The notes under the pieces: model-generated
The model's input: the letters and a program-made list of their open reading frames with translations, nothing else
What the model was told of the DNA's origin: nothing
Databases searched by the model: none
Source: Obrimoposthia wandeli
Taxonomy: Eukaryota
DNA: 64,000 bases
NCBI GenBank assembly: GCA_977020255.1
Contig: CDROCS010000882.1
Location: 62,001 to 126,000 of the forward strand
Direction: 5' to 3'
Made by a program: the position numbers and the translations under genes
Shown: piece by piece, positions 30,801 through 40,276 of the stretch
Position numbering within the stretch: the stretch's first letter is position 1
How the letters are laid out: each line of letters opens with the position of its first letter

Positions 30801-30955
30801 GACGGTTCAATACGGGTGATTTTAGCTTTATAGATATTTGATTTTTTTTGTTCGTGACCAGGGCTTTCGATATCTAAATCGTAAAGTTGTTGACCATCGA
30901 CAAGTGCTACACGCAATTCTTCTGATTGTGTAGCATTAATTAACATACGTTTCAT
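27833..30955 (-). CDS. rne: Ribonuclease E
   Basis: [23 protein letters not shown]1 and catalytic IDINS / IDFIDM motifs, Zn-link CPRCSGTG, amphipathic [14 protein letters not shown], Arg-rich and acidic scaffold. Confidence 0.99.
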   Translation of the reverse strand: MKRMLINATQSEELRVALVDGQQLYDLDIESPGHEQKKSNIYKAKITRIEPSLEAAFVDYGADRHGFLPMKEIAREYFPKGYSFQGRPNIKEVLREGQEVIVQIDKEERGQKGAALTTFISLAGSYLVLMPNNPRAGGISRRIEGDERTDLKASLSKLTLPKGMGLIVRTAGVGKEYEELEWDLNVLLHHWNAISEAGASRPAPFLIHQETNVILRAIRDYLRRDIGEVLIDRPKIFESVKKHIEIVRPDFLSKVKLYNNDVPLFTHYQIETQIETAFQREVRLPSGGSIVIDPTEALTSIDINSARATKGSDIEETAFNTNLEAAEEIARQLRLRDLGGLVVIDFIDMTPVRHQREVENRMRDAVKQDRARIQLGRISRFGLLEMSRQRLRPSIGETSQGVCPRCSGTGHVRGVESLALSVLRLMEEEAIKDNTQQVQAQVPVPVATYLLNEKRRSVFHIEKHHSVNILIIPNPNMVTPQYEVIRVRKDEGIEEASYDMAIKQAVPEEAVMPKFDKEVSKRDEPLLQGMSSPKQAPKKQEPVPVVEVKAETESLLTSAISWIKSLFATQAKEEVKPELKKAPEATARNSERRPQRGRQGQRRNNRNDSRNDSRNENRAEGVNDTRNTNRNDKRKPQSSNDNTATKQNVEAAVTTPKPQKERVQKPKEEKVAERRQRRNNRKKVRVNSDVKNNTHVENKNVDGTEVKAQAPENKAIETTHIVDAPTVEVPKVEAATVEQASAVDTTETGNVDTSANKAKEEQRPRSRRSPRHMRAHGQRRRQNADAEAEAATEITEDPVTARYPEQSSTPADSTSNEVTESKPTVEQVQQVQADALAEVINDSRNEVQQNLPFDEPEAAVIATDAKATEQTTEDVKPEAVSAPVVETPAPVVEAPVKVSSEIAETPVTEEKVADAKVEETVSIEQPAQETSEVETDVSTPAIEAVTTTTEDKPIIAEEKPKKVRAKVKNIKRTVKAAARKSSGKASAPMAKPETIVSSGVIPRDFVANEQRTSHSTSGKTALVSNATSRHSAGATKPTLD

Positions 30956-31250
30956 AGTTTGTGTGACTCATTTTTAGTCACAACACACCATTGCTTAGAA
31001 CACAAAGTAATCTTTCGCTATGGTAACAGCAACTTGTCAACCTCACGGGTGTCAATCTTACTACGCCATATTACGCAGCAAGCTGTTAAAAATTCTGATT
31101 TTTTAATATAACTGCGGTGTTTACACCACAGTGAAATTGTTTCTTTATGTGCTCAGCCTGTGTGCTGTGCGCAACAGATAATTAAGTGCTTCGTTAATTT
31201 TAGTTCGATATTTTTATCGTGTTTTCTAATAAGTTAACGATTGAAAATGT
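30956..31250 (-). promoter_or_regulatory. rne 5' UTR autoregulatory leader (boundaries approximate)
   Basis: Minus strand has ATGGCGTA (31069-31062) and CCGTGAGGTTG (31048-31038), both recalled from the E. coli rne leader. Confidence 0.6.
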
Positions 31251-31594
31251 GACTTAATTTTTTCTGTTTAATTACATAATTGCTTTATTGCGCCGGACAA
31301 TATGTTTATGCGTTATGTTTTGACAAGTTACACGCGTCAAATTCGCAATAGGCCTTACTGCTAATATCTAGACAATGATGTTTGATAAAATTGTCTCATA
31401 GTAACGTGGCCGCATTTTGCCTCTTACGTCTCGCTTAAAGCATCCTTTTTGCTTGTTACGGCTAAAATGTAGCGGTAACCACTCTATTATCACACTTATT
31501 TATAGATAAGCCAATTAAATCCTAGTTTTAATTGGCCGTAATTAGAAAAAAATATGTTAAACTGCAGGTAATTATAGTTCCTAGTAAAACTGAT

Positions 31595-31642
31595 ATGACA
31601 GATAGCCCAAAACCCGAGATGACAGATAGCCCAAAACCTCAA
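31595..31642 (+). repeat. 24-bp tandem duplication of the rluC start (MTDSPKPE MTDSPKPQ)
   Basis: atgacagatagcccaaaacccgag atgacagatagcccaaaacctcaa. Confidence 0.92.
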
Positions 31643-32581
31643 GTTAGATTTTTCACGGTAGACAGTGAGGATGCTGGCCAACGTATTGATAATTTTTTAG
31701 TGAAAACACTAAAAGGCGTGCCTAAGAGTATGCTTTATCGTTTACTGCGCAAAGGTGAAATACGCGTCAATAAAAAACGTACCAAGCCTGAGTATAAGTT
31801 AGTTGATGAAGATATTATTCGTGTTGCACCTATTCGTGTTTCAGAAAATACCAATACAGTTTCTACACAGTTAAACGTTGTTGCGAACTTAGAGAAACAA
31901 ATATTATTTGAAGATGAACGCTTAATTGTTATTAATAAACCTTCAGGTATGGCCGTACATGGTGGCAGTGGTTTGAGTTTTGGTTTGATTGAAGCGTTAA
32001 GAGCTTTGCGACCTGATGCCCGCATGTTAGAACTTGTTCATCGTCTCGATAGAGATACGTCAGGCTGTTTAGTCGTTGCCAAAAAGCGCTCGGCTTTGCG
32101 CCATTTACATGAGCAATTAAGAAATAAAACCGTACAAAAGTTTTATCATGCTTTGGTTAAAGGCCGTTGGTCGGCTAAATTAACGCGTGTGACTGAAAGC
32201 TTGAAGAAAAATGATTTGAAATCAGGTGAGCGAGTTGTTGTTGTAGATAACATCAATGGCAAAGAGTCTGAAACACGCTTTAAAGTTATTCAACACTATA
32301 AAAATGCAACGTTAGTTCGCGCTTTCCCGGTAACGGGTCGTACGCATCAAATACGTGTTCATTGTCAAACTAAAGGGCATTCTATTGCCTGTGATGCAAA
32401 ATATGGGCATGAAGATTTTGATTACGAAATGAAGACATTGGGTTTGAAACGTTTATTTCTTCATGCAGCGAGCATTGAGTTTACTCATCCTTTAAGCAAC
32501 GAACGCATAAAAATAGAAGCGCCATTAGAGCCTTCACTTGAAAAAGTATTAAAAAAATTAACGAAGTCAGAAGCTCAGTAG
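31595..32581 (+). CDS. rluC: 23S rRNA pseudouridine(955/2504/2580) synthase RluC; start at 31595 or 31619
   Basis: S4 domain GQRIDNFL, HRLDRDTSG, TGRTHQIRVH; divergent from rne. Confidence 0.97.
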   Translation: MTDSPKPEMTDSPKPQVRFFTVDSEDAGQRIDNFLVKTLKGVPKSMLYRLLRKGEIRVNKKRTKPEYKLVDEDIIRVAPIRVSENTNTVSTQLNVVANLEKQILFEDERLIVINKPSGMAVHGGSGLSFGLIEALRALRPDARMLELVHRLDRDTSGCLVVAKKRSALRHLHEQLRNKTVQKFYHALVKGRWSAKLTRVTESLKKNDLKSGERVVVVDNINGKESETRFKVIQHYKNATLVRAFPVTGRTHQIRVHCQTKGHSIACDAKYGHEDFDYEMKTLGLKRLFLHAASIEFTHPLSNERIKIEAPLEPSLEKVLKKLTKSEAQ

Positions 32582-32738
32582 AAGGTCAGTAAGTGTGTAT
32601 CTCTTTTGCTTAACTGTCGAGCACTGCGATTAAAGTAGAGCTTGAACGTCATGTTAAGTTAAGCATACGACATAGTTATCATAAACGTCATACGTAATCT
32701 CGGCGTTAAAATTAATCGTGACGCTAAATGAGAACATT

Positions 32739-32786
32739 AAAAAGCTCAGTAAAGGAGGGTAGCCCCATTCTTTACTGAGCTTTTTT
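32739..32786. terminator. Bidirectional terminator between rluC and the CBS gene
   Basis: aaaaagctcagtaaag...ctttactgagctttttt. Confidence 0.8.
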
Positions 32787-32830
32787 ATTTAATTATCCTT
32801 TTGCTTTCCTAATAGCTGATATAAATAAGT

Positions 32831-33028
32831 TATACCCGTATTACCTAAATATGAGGTACTCAACACCTTAAGTTCAGCTTAATCACGTAAAAGTCGCTAA
32901 TCAATGGGCGGGGATGTTGGTTGAAATAGCTGTTCGATGCAAGCCAAGTTAGCCAAACCTGGCAGGTTAAAGAACGTTAAAGCCATTTTTATATTCGATT
33001 ATTTATTCAACAGTTAATAAACCAGTAT
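32831..33028. repeat. Possible degenerate TATACCC-type miniature element
   Basis: Starts tatacccgtattacct; no clean matching right end found. Confidence 0.3.
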
Positions 33029-33101
33029 GCTCACTTGTATATTCAATATCGTTTAATTGCTAACAATGACTAAGCGAGCACTGCTTCGTTGGCTGTAATG
33101 A

Positions 33102-33677
33102 TTACATTGAGCTGGCTTTTTGATGGACAACATCATAAACCGAACCAAATGATTGTTTAACATTTAAGTCCATATTGATATGCAGTTTCCTTGCTATATC
33201 ACTAGATGAGATTACGCCCCGAATATGATGACTTTCTCTATCCAGTACTAGGCAATGGCGAAGTTGATAATCTTCTAACGTTGCCACCACATCACCAACA
33301 GATGCCCGTAGCAATTCGTTGTAGTCAAAGGCATGGAAACCTGATTTAGGGATCATTAGGTCTTTGACTAATACATCTTCACGAGCAATACCTTTAGATA
33401 ATTTTGCAACAATATTTTGTTCTGATAATTCATTGGTACTAATAATACCAATGAATTCATCATTTTCAGCAACGACAATGTTCATTCTAACGTGCGTTTT
33501 TAACATCAATTGTAATGCTGTTATCGCCATCGTTTCTCCGTCAATCATTAGTGCTTTATGAACTTTAAAATCAGTAAATATTTCTACCGCGGGTGATTCT
33601 AAATTAATTTCTTCAAATTGCTCTGGAGATATAATGTTGTCTGTAGCTTCTAAGTTAACTAACTGTAATTTTTTCAT
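33102..33677 (-). CDS. CBS-domain protein
   Basis: ESPAVEIFTDFKVH, IGIISTNEL, VLVKDLMIP, HIRGVISSSDIARKL. Confidence 0.85.
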   Translation of the reverse strand: MKKLQLVNLEATDNIISPEQFEEINLESPAVEIFTDFKVHKALMIDGETMAITALQLMLKTHVRMNIVVAENDEFIGIISTNELSEQNIVAKLSKGIAREDVLVKDLMIPKSGFHAFDYNELLRASVGDVVATLEDYQLRHCLVLDRESHHIRGVISSSDIARKLHINMDLNVKQSFGSVYDVVHQKASSM

Positions 33678-33737
33678 ATGTGCCTCTAAATTTTTCTATG
33701 CACTTGTTACCAGTATGTTGACTGGTTGATAGGGTCT

Positions 33738-34000
33738 ATACCCGATCCACTTTAAAACGCAGATTTCAGCAAGTCGATAACGGGTTAGCACCAAGGCATT
33801 GATTGAAGGGAATAGTCATTCTATTCTCGAAATCAATAATGCCTAAGATGATCCGTTATCGGCTTGCCCGTGGGGCGCTATGCTAGAAAATCAGTCCAGC
33901 GTTGCGATACTTGATAAGGGAGTGACCATTATCAAGTATCGCGCCTTGGGCTAAATTCCTAGCTTAGCGCTGAAACTGCATCTTGAAGTGAAACGGGTAT
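33738..34000. mobile_element. ERIC-like miniature inverted-repeat element (about 263 bp)
   Basis: Imperfect TIRs atacccgatccactttaaaacgcagatttcagc / gctgaaactgcatcttgaagtgaaacgggtat; nested internal hairpins; no ORF. Confidence 0.75.
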
Positions 34001-34274
34001 TTACAAATGCTAATAACTATATTTCAATAATGAATAACGCTGTGCTTATTGAGTTGAACTGCCTATCTAAAACCAACTTACTGTAGTAACTGATAACGTT
34101 TAAATATCAGATGGATTTTAAATAACCCTAACGGGTACAATCAGGTGTCTTAAGCCGTTTATTTAGCGCTGGGCTTAATAGTATTAACTGTTGCGAACTC
34201 AGACTCAGCAATTGGACTATGCTCTTTCGATAAATAAAGAATAAATAGAATAATCCTCAACGTAAATTTGCATG

Positions 34275-34571
34275 TTATGCAATAAATGTGGATTGAAAAA
34301 TAATGAGTGGAGGTGCTCTAGAATGAAAACTTTGAAAGTAGGATTGAACAATGAACGGATTAAAGTAACTTAACTTTATATTTCTATCTGGTGACAATTG
34401 AACAAGTACTGAAAGTAACAATGCTGGGCTGTCAAAATCCAGATTATCAGTTTGTTCAATTTCTACAATATTTGTTTCGGTAAAATTTAAACCACTTAAA
34501 GAGACTAAGCCTGTTTCATTAGCTGAAACCGTCGGTAGTAGCATACTTATAATGAAGAGTAATTTAAACAT
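34275..34571 (-). CDS. Small signal-peptide protein with near-C-terminal RAPP motif (candidate ribosome arrest peptide)
   Basis: MFKLLFIISMLLPTVSA...FQSFHSRAPPLIIF; RAPP codons at 34319-34308. Confidence 0.6.
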   Translation of the reverse strand: MFKLLFIISMLLPTVSANETGLVSLSGLNFTETNIVEIEQTDNLDFDSPALLLSVLVQLSPDRNIKLSYFNPFIVQSYFQSFHSRAPPLIIFQSTFIA

Positions 34572-35031
34572 CGCTTAAACAAACTTAAAGTAAATGATAG
34601 TCATACTTTAAGTTATGGAGCAGTGTTAAGTGTAATTCAAGCTAAAAATACAAATATTACGCATCAGTTACAATATATAACATTGTAGTGAATGTGGCTC
34701 TGCTTAAGAAAGGAGGCACCACATTATTATATAAACATGATAAAAAGAATTGGCCCTTTAACACAATCGACCCTATAACAAAATCTGGGTAACGGCCTAT
34801 CATTTATATTCTTTTACTTTCAAATCGAGAGAGTATTATTTTGTAGCAGCTAGTGATTAAAGTAGAATGACAAGTAATGCTATGCCCCCATTACTTGCTT
34901 TTCAAGTTAAGCCCTAGCTTCATACAAAGCAATTTATTACGTGCTTGGGGGCGTGCAAGTGAGTGTTCAAAAAACAGTGTAGCTAAGCCTCCAATTATCA
35001 CCCTGTAAGCAGTAGGTTAGGTCACTCAGTA

Positions 35032-37674
35032 TTAATCTATATCTTCACTTTCATCTTGCGACTCGTATTCTTGCTCTATCGTTGGTAAGCCATCTTTTGC
35101 TGCAAAATATATACTAACGGGCTCAGAATAGTTTGGTACATCATCATAACTGAACACAGAATAATATTTTTCGACATTTGCATTCGCAAAGTTATCATAG
35201 GTAAAGTTATCTGGACCCCCATAAAGCTTAACGCCATCAATAGGTGATTTAGGTGGGTGAAAACGATTCCTTACCACTATATTACCTACAAAGTCAGTGT
35301 CACTCGGATTATCCCACATGAGTTTTGTCATGCCATTTTCTAGCATAGTTGATAAATTAGACGCTGATTTAATAGGGTTTTTTCTTCGTTCAATATACTC
35401 AATAACCAATTCAGGCAATTGCTTATCACCTTCACCACACCAACTAACAAATTCATCATATTCAGTTGATGAAGCCGTGGCTCGAATAATAAAGTAACAA
35501 GGTTGATTTTTTTTATGTAAATTTTCTAGATCTTGTCGACAGTAGCTGTCAAACATAAAATGATGAGTCTTCTTTTCTTTCAATTGTTGGTTGCTGACTT
35601 CATAGCCAATGAACTCTTTTTTCTCTCGCTCTTTAACACTTTTAAAATCTATATCTTTTAGCGCTGCAAGTTCAATCGTAAAGCGAATATCTTTTTGTGT
35701 ATTTAATGCCGACATATTACGCATTATTAAATATGCATTAGTGATGACTGTCCTATCGGGCTCTGGTAAGGTCTCAAGTGTAAATGCCATTTGACCATAG
35801 ATGATCTCGCCTTGTTTATCAAAACCAGATCTTAATTTGTTCTCGACAAGTTTATCAATGGTGATGGTGTTTAATGCCGTAGGCGATAATTTAATTTCTT
35901 CTGGCGTACGGCTATAAATTAAATGCAAATTAGGTCGGTAATGAATACCTGCACCAAATTTTCCATAACCAATATCGAATTGCATAATTTGAGAGTCGGC
36001 ACCTAACGGTAATGTTCTGGGTCCTTCCACACGCAATAAAATTTTACCTGACTTAATCGCTTTTTTTAATAATAGGCGTTCCGTGATATTAAACGGCCAC
36101 TCACTCCAAATTCCTTGTGTGAGTTGATCAGAGGTAACCGCTTGCCCAAGCGTTTGCATGGGGGTCGCTTTATTTATTTGCTCGAAACAAGTGATATCGG
36201 TAACGTCATTAAAATCCAGTAAAGAAATGCTCCATTCGCCAAAACTTTCAACTTTGGCATTCACACGATTCATTGGGTATAACGAAAAATGGGCTAATTT
36301 AATCATCGCATCATCAGGAATATTATTCAGATCGAAAACAATAACACCATAGCAAATACCTCTGCGTTTATTTACGCCAACAAACAGTGAGTTATGACCG
36401 AAATGCTCACAATTTTTTTCTGTGTTATATTGGCTAACATAGCCAACCTCTTGATTAGTTGGAAACAATGCTCGCGAAAAGTCGTCTCTTGCTAATTGTG
36501 TTTTTACTTTTAACTCAGGGCTAAAAGGAGACTTTAAACTGTTAACACGATCAACGGCTCGAATATTGTAATAATAGTTTTGGCCACTTTTTAGCTGCAC
36601 ATCACTAAATGAAAGACCTCGCGTTATCGCGAGTAATGTTTCATCGCAACACGCCGATTTTAGCTGTTGTGAACGATATATTTCGAAGTTAACTTCTAAA
36701 TTTTTATCATAGTGCCAACTAAGTTCGGTGCTCGTACTACCAATATTAACAATAGAAAACTGCTCAGGCCTTTTTGGTGCAAGCTCGGAGTAACTTATTG
36801 CCTCGGTCAGGGCATGCAAAACTGCCGGGATATTTTCATCAACGCTCTGCGACATGTTCACTAAATAATCTGGAATGTTACGCGTACCAACCTCAACTAC
36901 GACAGCTAAAATTCCCAAAGAATAATAATATTCTCTGCCGCTGCCATGAATTAGGTTAGCGGGTGGTTTTCCGCGGTGGATACCATATTTTTTGCCCGTT
37001 ACTTTGAATATTTCACGATTCATATTGGCACATAATATATTCAAATCGGTACCATCTAACTCTGTTTCATGATTAAACTTATGAGCAGGGAAGAATACAT
37101 TCCCTTGAGAGTGATAATCTAACGCCAAGGTAATGTTTTTATGTGTTAAAACAAAATCACGAATAGCACAAGACTCAGGCTCAGAGAAAGCTTCAGGGCC
37201 CGCATAAGTATTCAAACTTGTATCTGCATTATGTTTAAATCTAATAGAAAAATTTCGGTTTAAATCAACACCGTAACTTCCATCATGATTTTTTCTTCTG
37301 TTTTTTCGCCAGAAAGAAAAATGATTACGTGAATATTCAAAACCATCGGGGTTTAAGCAAGGCACCATATAAAGTGTATTGCGCGTCAACGCCTGCTTTA
37401 GCTTTGGATTAAATTTATAATTGTTAATAACGTAATCAATAAATTTAATTGCCAGTTCATTCCCGATCCATTCCCTAGCATGGACTGTTCCGGTGTAGAG
37501 CAAGGCGGGTTTATGATCGGCATACTCAACATCTAATGATATGGTGACCAGCACAATTGGTCTTTGCTCCCAAGTTTTACCAATACAACGTAGCCGAATT
37601 AAATGCGGATTTTCTGCCATGCTTTTTTCAAGAAACGCTAGTGTTTGCTGATAAGATGCATATTGCTTTTTCAT
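35032..37674 (-). CDS. M14 zinc carboxypeptidase with FN3-like and further C-terminal beta domains, no signal peptide
   Basis: HARE, NPDG, WRKNR, GVDLNRNF, FSEPES, DYHSQG, VEVG; FN3-like LSW..FEIYRS..YYYNIRAVD. Confidence 0.88.
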   Translation of the reverse strand: MKKQYASYQQTLAFLEKSMAENPHLIRLRCIGKTWEQRPIVLVTISLDVEYADHKPALLYTGTVHAREWIGNELAIKFIDYVINNYKFNPKLKQALTRNTLYMVPCLNPDGFEYSRNHFSFWRKNRRKNHDGSYGVDLNRNFSIRFKHNADTSLNTYAGPEAFSEPESCAIRDFVLTHKNITLALDYHSQGNVFFPAHKFNHETELDGTDLNILCANMNREIFKVTGKKYGIHRGKPPANLIHGSGREYYYSLGILAVVVEVGTRNIPDYLVNMSQSVDENIPAVLHALTEAISYSELAPKRPEQFSIVNIGSTSTELSWHYDKNLEVNFEIYRSQQLKSACCDETLLAITRGLSFSDVQLKSGQNYYYNIRAVDRVNSLKSPFSPELKVKTQLARDDFSRALFPTNQEVGYVSQYNTEKNCEHFGHNSLFVGVNKRRGICYGVIVFDLNNIPDDAMIKLAHFSLYPMNRVNAKVESFGEWSISLLDFNDVTDITCFEQINKATPMQTLGQAVTSDQLTQGIWSEWPFNITERLLLKKAIKSGKILLRVEGPRTLPLGADSQIMQFDIGYGKFGAGIHYRPNLHLIYSRTPEEIKLSPTALNTITIDKLVENKLRSGFDKQGEIIYGQMAFTLETLPEPDRTVITNAYLIMRNMSALNTQKDIRFTIELAALKDIDFKSVKEREKKEFIGYEVSNQQLKEKKTHHFMFDSYCRQDLENLHKKNQPCYFIIRATASSTEYDEFVSWCGEGDKQLPELVIEYIERRKNPIKSASNLSTMLENGMTKLMWDNPSDTDFVGNIVVRNRFHPPKSPIDGVKLYGGPDNFTYDNFANANVEKYYSVFSYDDVPNYSEPVSIYFAAKDGLPTIEQEYESQDESEDID

Positions 37675-37697
37675 AATTTCCCTTAACTTATTAACCG

Positions 37698-39128
37698 CTA
37701 AAAATATTTCTGTTTATCATTCGCGTATTCAATAGCAATAGTTTGCTGCCAATGTAAAACGATGGTGTCTAGCTTCTTTTCTTTGAGGTTTTTAACTTGT
37801 AGAAAGTGATAGGGGTGTAGATTTAAAGCATCAAGTGTCCCTTGAACGCCTAAGGTCGAAATAATTGATAAAGATAGCTGCTTCCCTATACCTTTTACTG
37901 ATTGAAAAAAATCATTTAGCTGCTTTTCATCTAAATCAATAAAGGGCTGTGTTTTCTCTTTTAACGCTATGGATTCATTGTCTTCTAGGCCGCAATCATT
38001 AATTAATGCTTGCTTATTTTCAATCACACTTTGCTGAGACTGTGATAAGTAGTTGTCTTGAAAATTCCAGTATTCACTAGGCCACTCTTCAAATGCTCGT
38101 AACTCAACAGGTAGCATCTGATATTGCTCTTTTGAGAGTAAGGCAAGATTATCTGAGCAGTCTTCACTCGCGGTATATTCTCCAAAGGTAATATGACGCA
38201 TTGTTCGCAGCAGCTGACTGTTTAATTTTCCCAACTCTTCCCAATTGTAGATTGGGATATTGGGCTTACTGGCTGTTTTAGGAGACAACATCCACATAAT
38301 ATATTGTCCTATCCAGTCTCTAATATATGGGAACGCAGCGAAAGCAGTAGCACATTCAAGAATACGGAACTTACCATCATACCCCTGTGCTATATCGCAC
38401 GCCCAATACTCGGCATTTGAAAACTTAGAAGCTTTTACTGCAATATCTAGTGCTTCTTTTGGGACATTAGCATAATCAATAGCACCGCCTTGACTCGTGT
38501 TAGTCAGCCATTCACCTTCAGGTGGGCGTCGCCAAAAGGCGCAAACAGGCTTATGCCCCACTAGCATAATGCGTATGTCTGCAACCATAGGAACAAACTC
38601 TTGCACATAAATAGGGTGGTAACGTTTTTCAGCAAGCAATAGTTTTACTTGTTGAACGTTATCGACTTTATGTACAAAGTAGCCACCGTAATTGGATGGA
38701 CCATATGATTTTTTTATAATTTTGGGGTATCGACAGTTTTCAAGATAATCTAAGGCTGCTTTTTTATCGTAAAAAACATCTGTTCTAGGTATGGGGAGTT
38801 GATATTTTTTGCAAAAATTGGTCACATTTTCTTTAGATTTATTTGAGAACTGCGCGTCAAGCGACGGGATAAATTTTACCTTTGGTAATGCTTTTGAAAT
38901 TTCACGAAAAGTTTCATACGCAGTTGCAGGTATATTGCCTATCAATATATCTATCTTCTTTAGCTTAACTTCATTTATAAAGCGTTTTTTATCCTTTCCC
39001 CAGTGATAAACCACTGATTCTATTTTAGTTGGCCAGCCTTTAAAGTTAGAAGCGTTAAAAAAACGTAAAACATGATCGAGATAAACAAAACCTAATTTTG
39101 GTAATTCTTTAGAGTGTTCCTGTTCCAT
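37698..39128 (-). CDS. RimK-like ATP-grasp protein with C-terminal helix-hairpin-helix domain; start set at MEQEHSKE
   Basis: IIKKSYGPSNYGG, YVQEFVP, DIRIMLVG, WLTNTSQGG, WACDI, RILECA; C-terminal FQSVKGIGKQLSLSII..VKNLKEKK. Confidence 0.8.
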   Translation of the reverse strand: MEQEHSKELPKLGFVYLDHVLRFFNASNFKGWPTKIESVVYHWGKDKKRFINEVKLKKIDILIGNIPATAYETFREISKALPKVKFIPSLDAQFSNKSKENVTNFCKKYQLPIPRTDVFYDKKAALDYLENCRYPKIIKKSYGPSNYGGYFVHKVDNVQQVKLLLAEKRYHPIYVQEFVPMVADIRIMLVGHKPVCAFWRRPPEGEWLTNTSQGGAIDYANVPKEALDIAVKASKFSNAEYWACDIAQGYDGKFRILECATAFAAFPYIRDWIGQYIMWMLSPKTASKPNIPIYNWEELGKLNSQLLRTMRHITFGEYTASEDCSDNLALLSKEQYQMLPVELRAFEEWPSEYWNFQDNYLSQSQQSVIENKQALINDCGLEDNESIALKEKTQPFIDLDEKQLNDFFQSVKGIGKQLSLSIISTLGVQGTLDALNLHPYHFLQVKNLKEKKLDTIVLHWQQTIAIEYANDKQKYF

Positions 39129-39159
39129 AGTATATTTCCAATGTTGTTTAAATTTTAAA

Positions 39160-40065
39160 TTAATCCTGTGTGACACGAGTGATTAAATCGACAATCTTAT
39201 TAATTTTTAACTTATTAAATGCTAATCCTAATTGCTGTTGCTCAGGTGTTGCAAAGGCTGGAATACCGTTAATTTCAAGCACGACATATTCTTCGCGCTC
39301 TAAATCATAAATGAGATCGACGCCAGCTATTTCTAAGCCAGTAATCGCCGCAGCTTTAATGGCTATCGCGATGGCCTCATCACTTGGCTCTCGCAAAAAA
39401 ATGCTACCGCCGCTGGTAATGTTTGTTTTCCAACTATCTTTTGGGGCTTGCCTGCCATAACAACCGACATATTGGCCATCAACTATATCGATACGATAAT
39501 CCGTCATATCATAATTAACGTATTTTTCGACATAAAAATAAGGAATATTGGTCTGCTCTAGAAAAGGAAAAAGCATGTCGAGTGCACGTTCATTCTCAAT
39601 TTTAACAATTCCCATACCGCCCCAACCATCAGTAGGCTTATATATCAAACGATCTCCCCAATCTTTTAAGGTTTTCTTAAGCCCTTTTTTATCACCACGC
39701 CTTAACATTTTGTATTCTGGCGTTATCACACCCGCTTGATTCAATTTATGGGAGGTTCTGAACTTATCTTCAGTGAGTGCAAAAGAAGTAAAATTATTCA
39801 AACAAGGAATAGTTTCATTGAGTGTTTGATATAAATACATTTGATACTGCGTTTGCTTACCGGCGTTATATGAAAAAAAAGCATCAAGCTCTTCCATCGC
39901 GGTACCGCGACATATTATTCGGCCATTGGTCGCTCTTGCATTGGTCAAATTTAAATCACTAACCACCGCAATATCACGTTCTTCTAGCTGATGAATTATT
40001 TCATTTTGAATAATTTCACCGCCACCATTTTTATACATCCACATACCTACTTTGCACTTAGACAT
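39160..40065 (-). CDS. RimK/LysX-family ATP-grasp amino-acid ligase
   Basis: EDKFRT, LIYKPTDGWGGMGIV, YVEKYV, DYRIDIV, WKTNITSGG, AGVDL, VLEINGIP. Confidence 0.88.
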   Translation of the reverse strand: MSKCKVGMWMYKNGGGEIIQNEIIHQLEERDIAVVSDLNLTNARATNGRIICRGTAMEELDAFFSYNAGKQTQYQMYLYQTLNETIPCLNNFTSFALTEDKFRTSHKLNQAGVITPEYKMLRRGDKKGLKKTLKDWGDRLIYKPTDGWGGMGIVKIENERALDMLFPFLEQTNIPYFYVEKYVNYDMTDYRIDIVDGQYVGCYGRQAPKDSWKTNITSGGSIFLREPSDEAIAIAIKAAAITGLEIAGVDLIYDLEREEYVVLEINGIPAFATPEQQQLGLAFNKLKINKIVDLITRVTQD

Positions 40066-40153
40066 TGTTCACCCTTTTATTAAAACAGCAGATTTCCATA
40101 TGATATCGACAGAGCTTATTCATTTTTTGTACAACATTTCATTGCTGTTAATT

Positions 40154-40187
40154 AGCGTAAATCGCCGTTGTTACTAATATATGACGA
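40154..40187 (-). promoter_or_regulatory. Pho-box-like site plus -10 facing the ATP-grasp operon
   Basis: TCGTCATATATTAGTAAC (13/18 to CTGTCATAWAWCTGTCAY), 10-nt spacer, TACGCT. Confidence 0.45.
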
Positions 40188-40205
40188 AACAGCTTTGTCT
40201 AAAAA

Positions 40206-40239
40206 CCTTCATAAATCTGTCGTCATACAGCCTTATAAA
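40206..40239 (+). promoter_or_regulatory. Pho-box-like site plus -10 facing the M20 peptidase
   Basis: CCTTCATAAATCTGTCGT (15/18), 10-nt spacer, TATAAA. Confidence 0.5.
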
Positions 40240-40276
40240 ACCGATGAAATAACCCAAATGTTGGATTATTTAAGGA

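Noticed and set aside
31532-31594. Longer rluC start given in the ORF track
   Set aside because: Extension lies in the promoter region; RluC similarity begins at the duplicated ATGs
33899-33948. GCGTT-hairpin modules as integron attC sites
   Set aside because: No RYYYAAC...GTTRRRY pair and no flanking cassette-like ORFs
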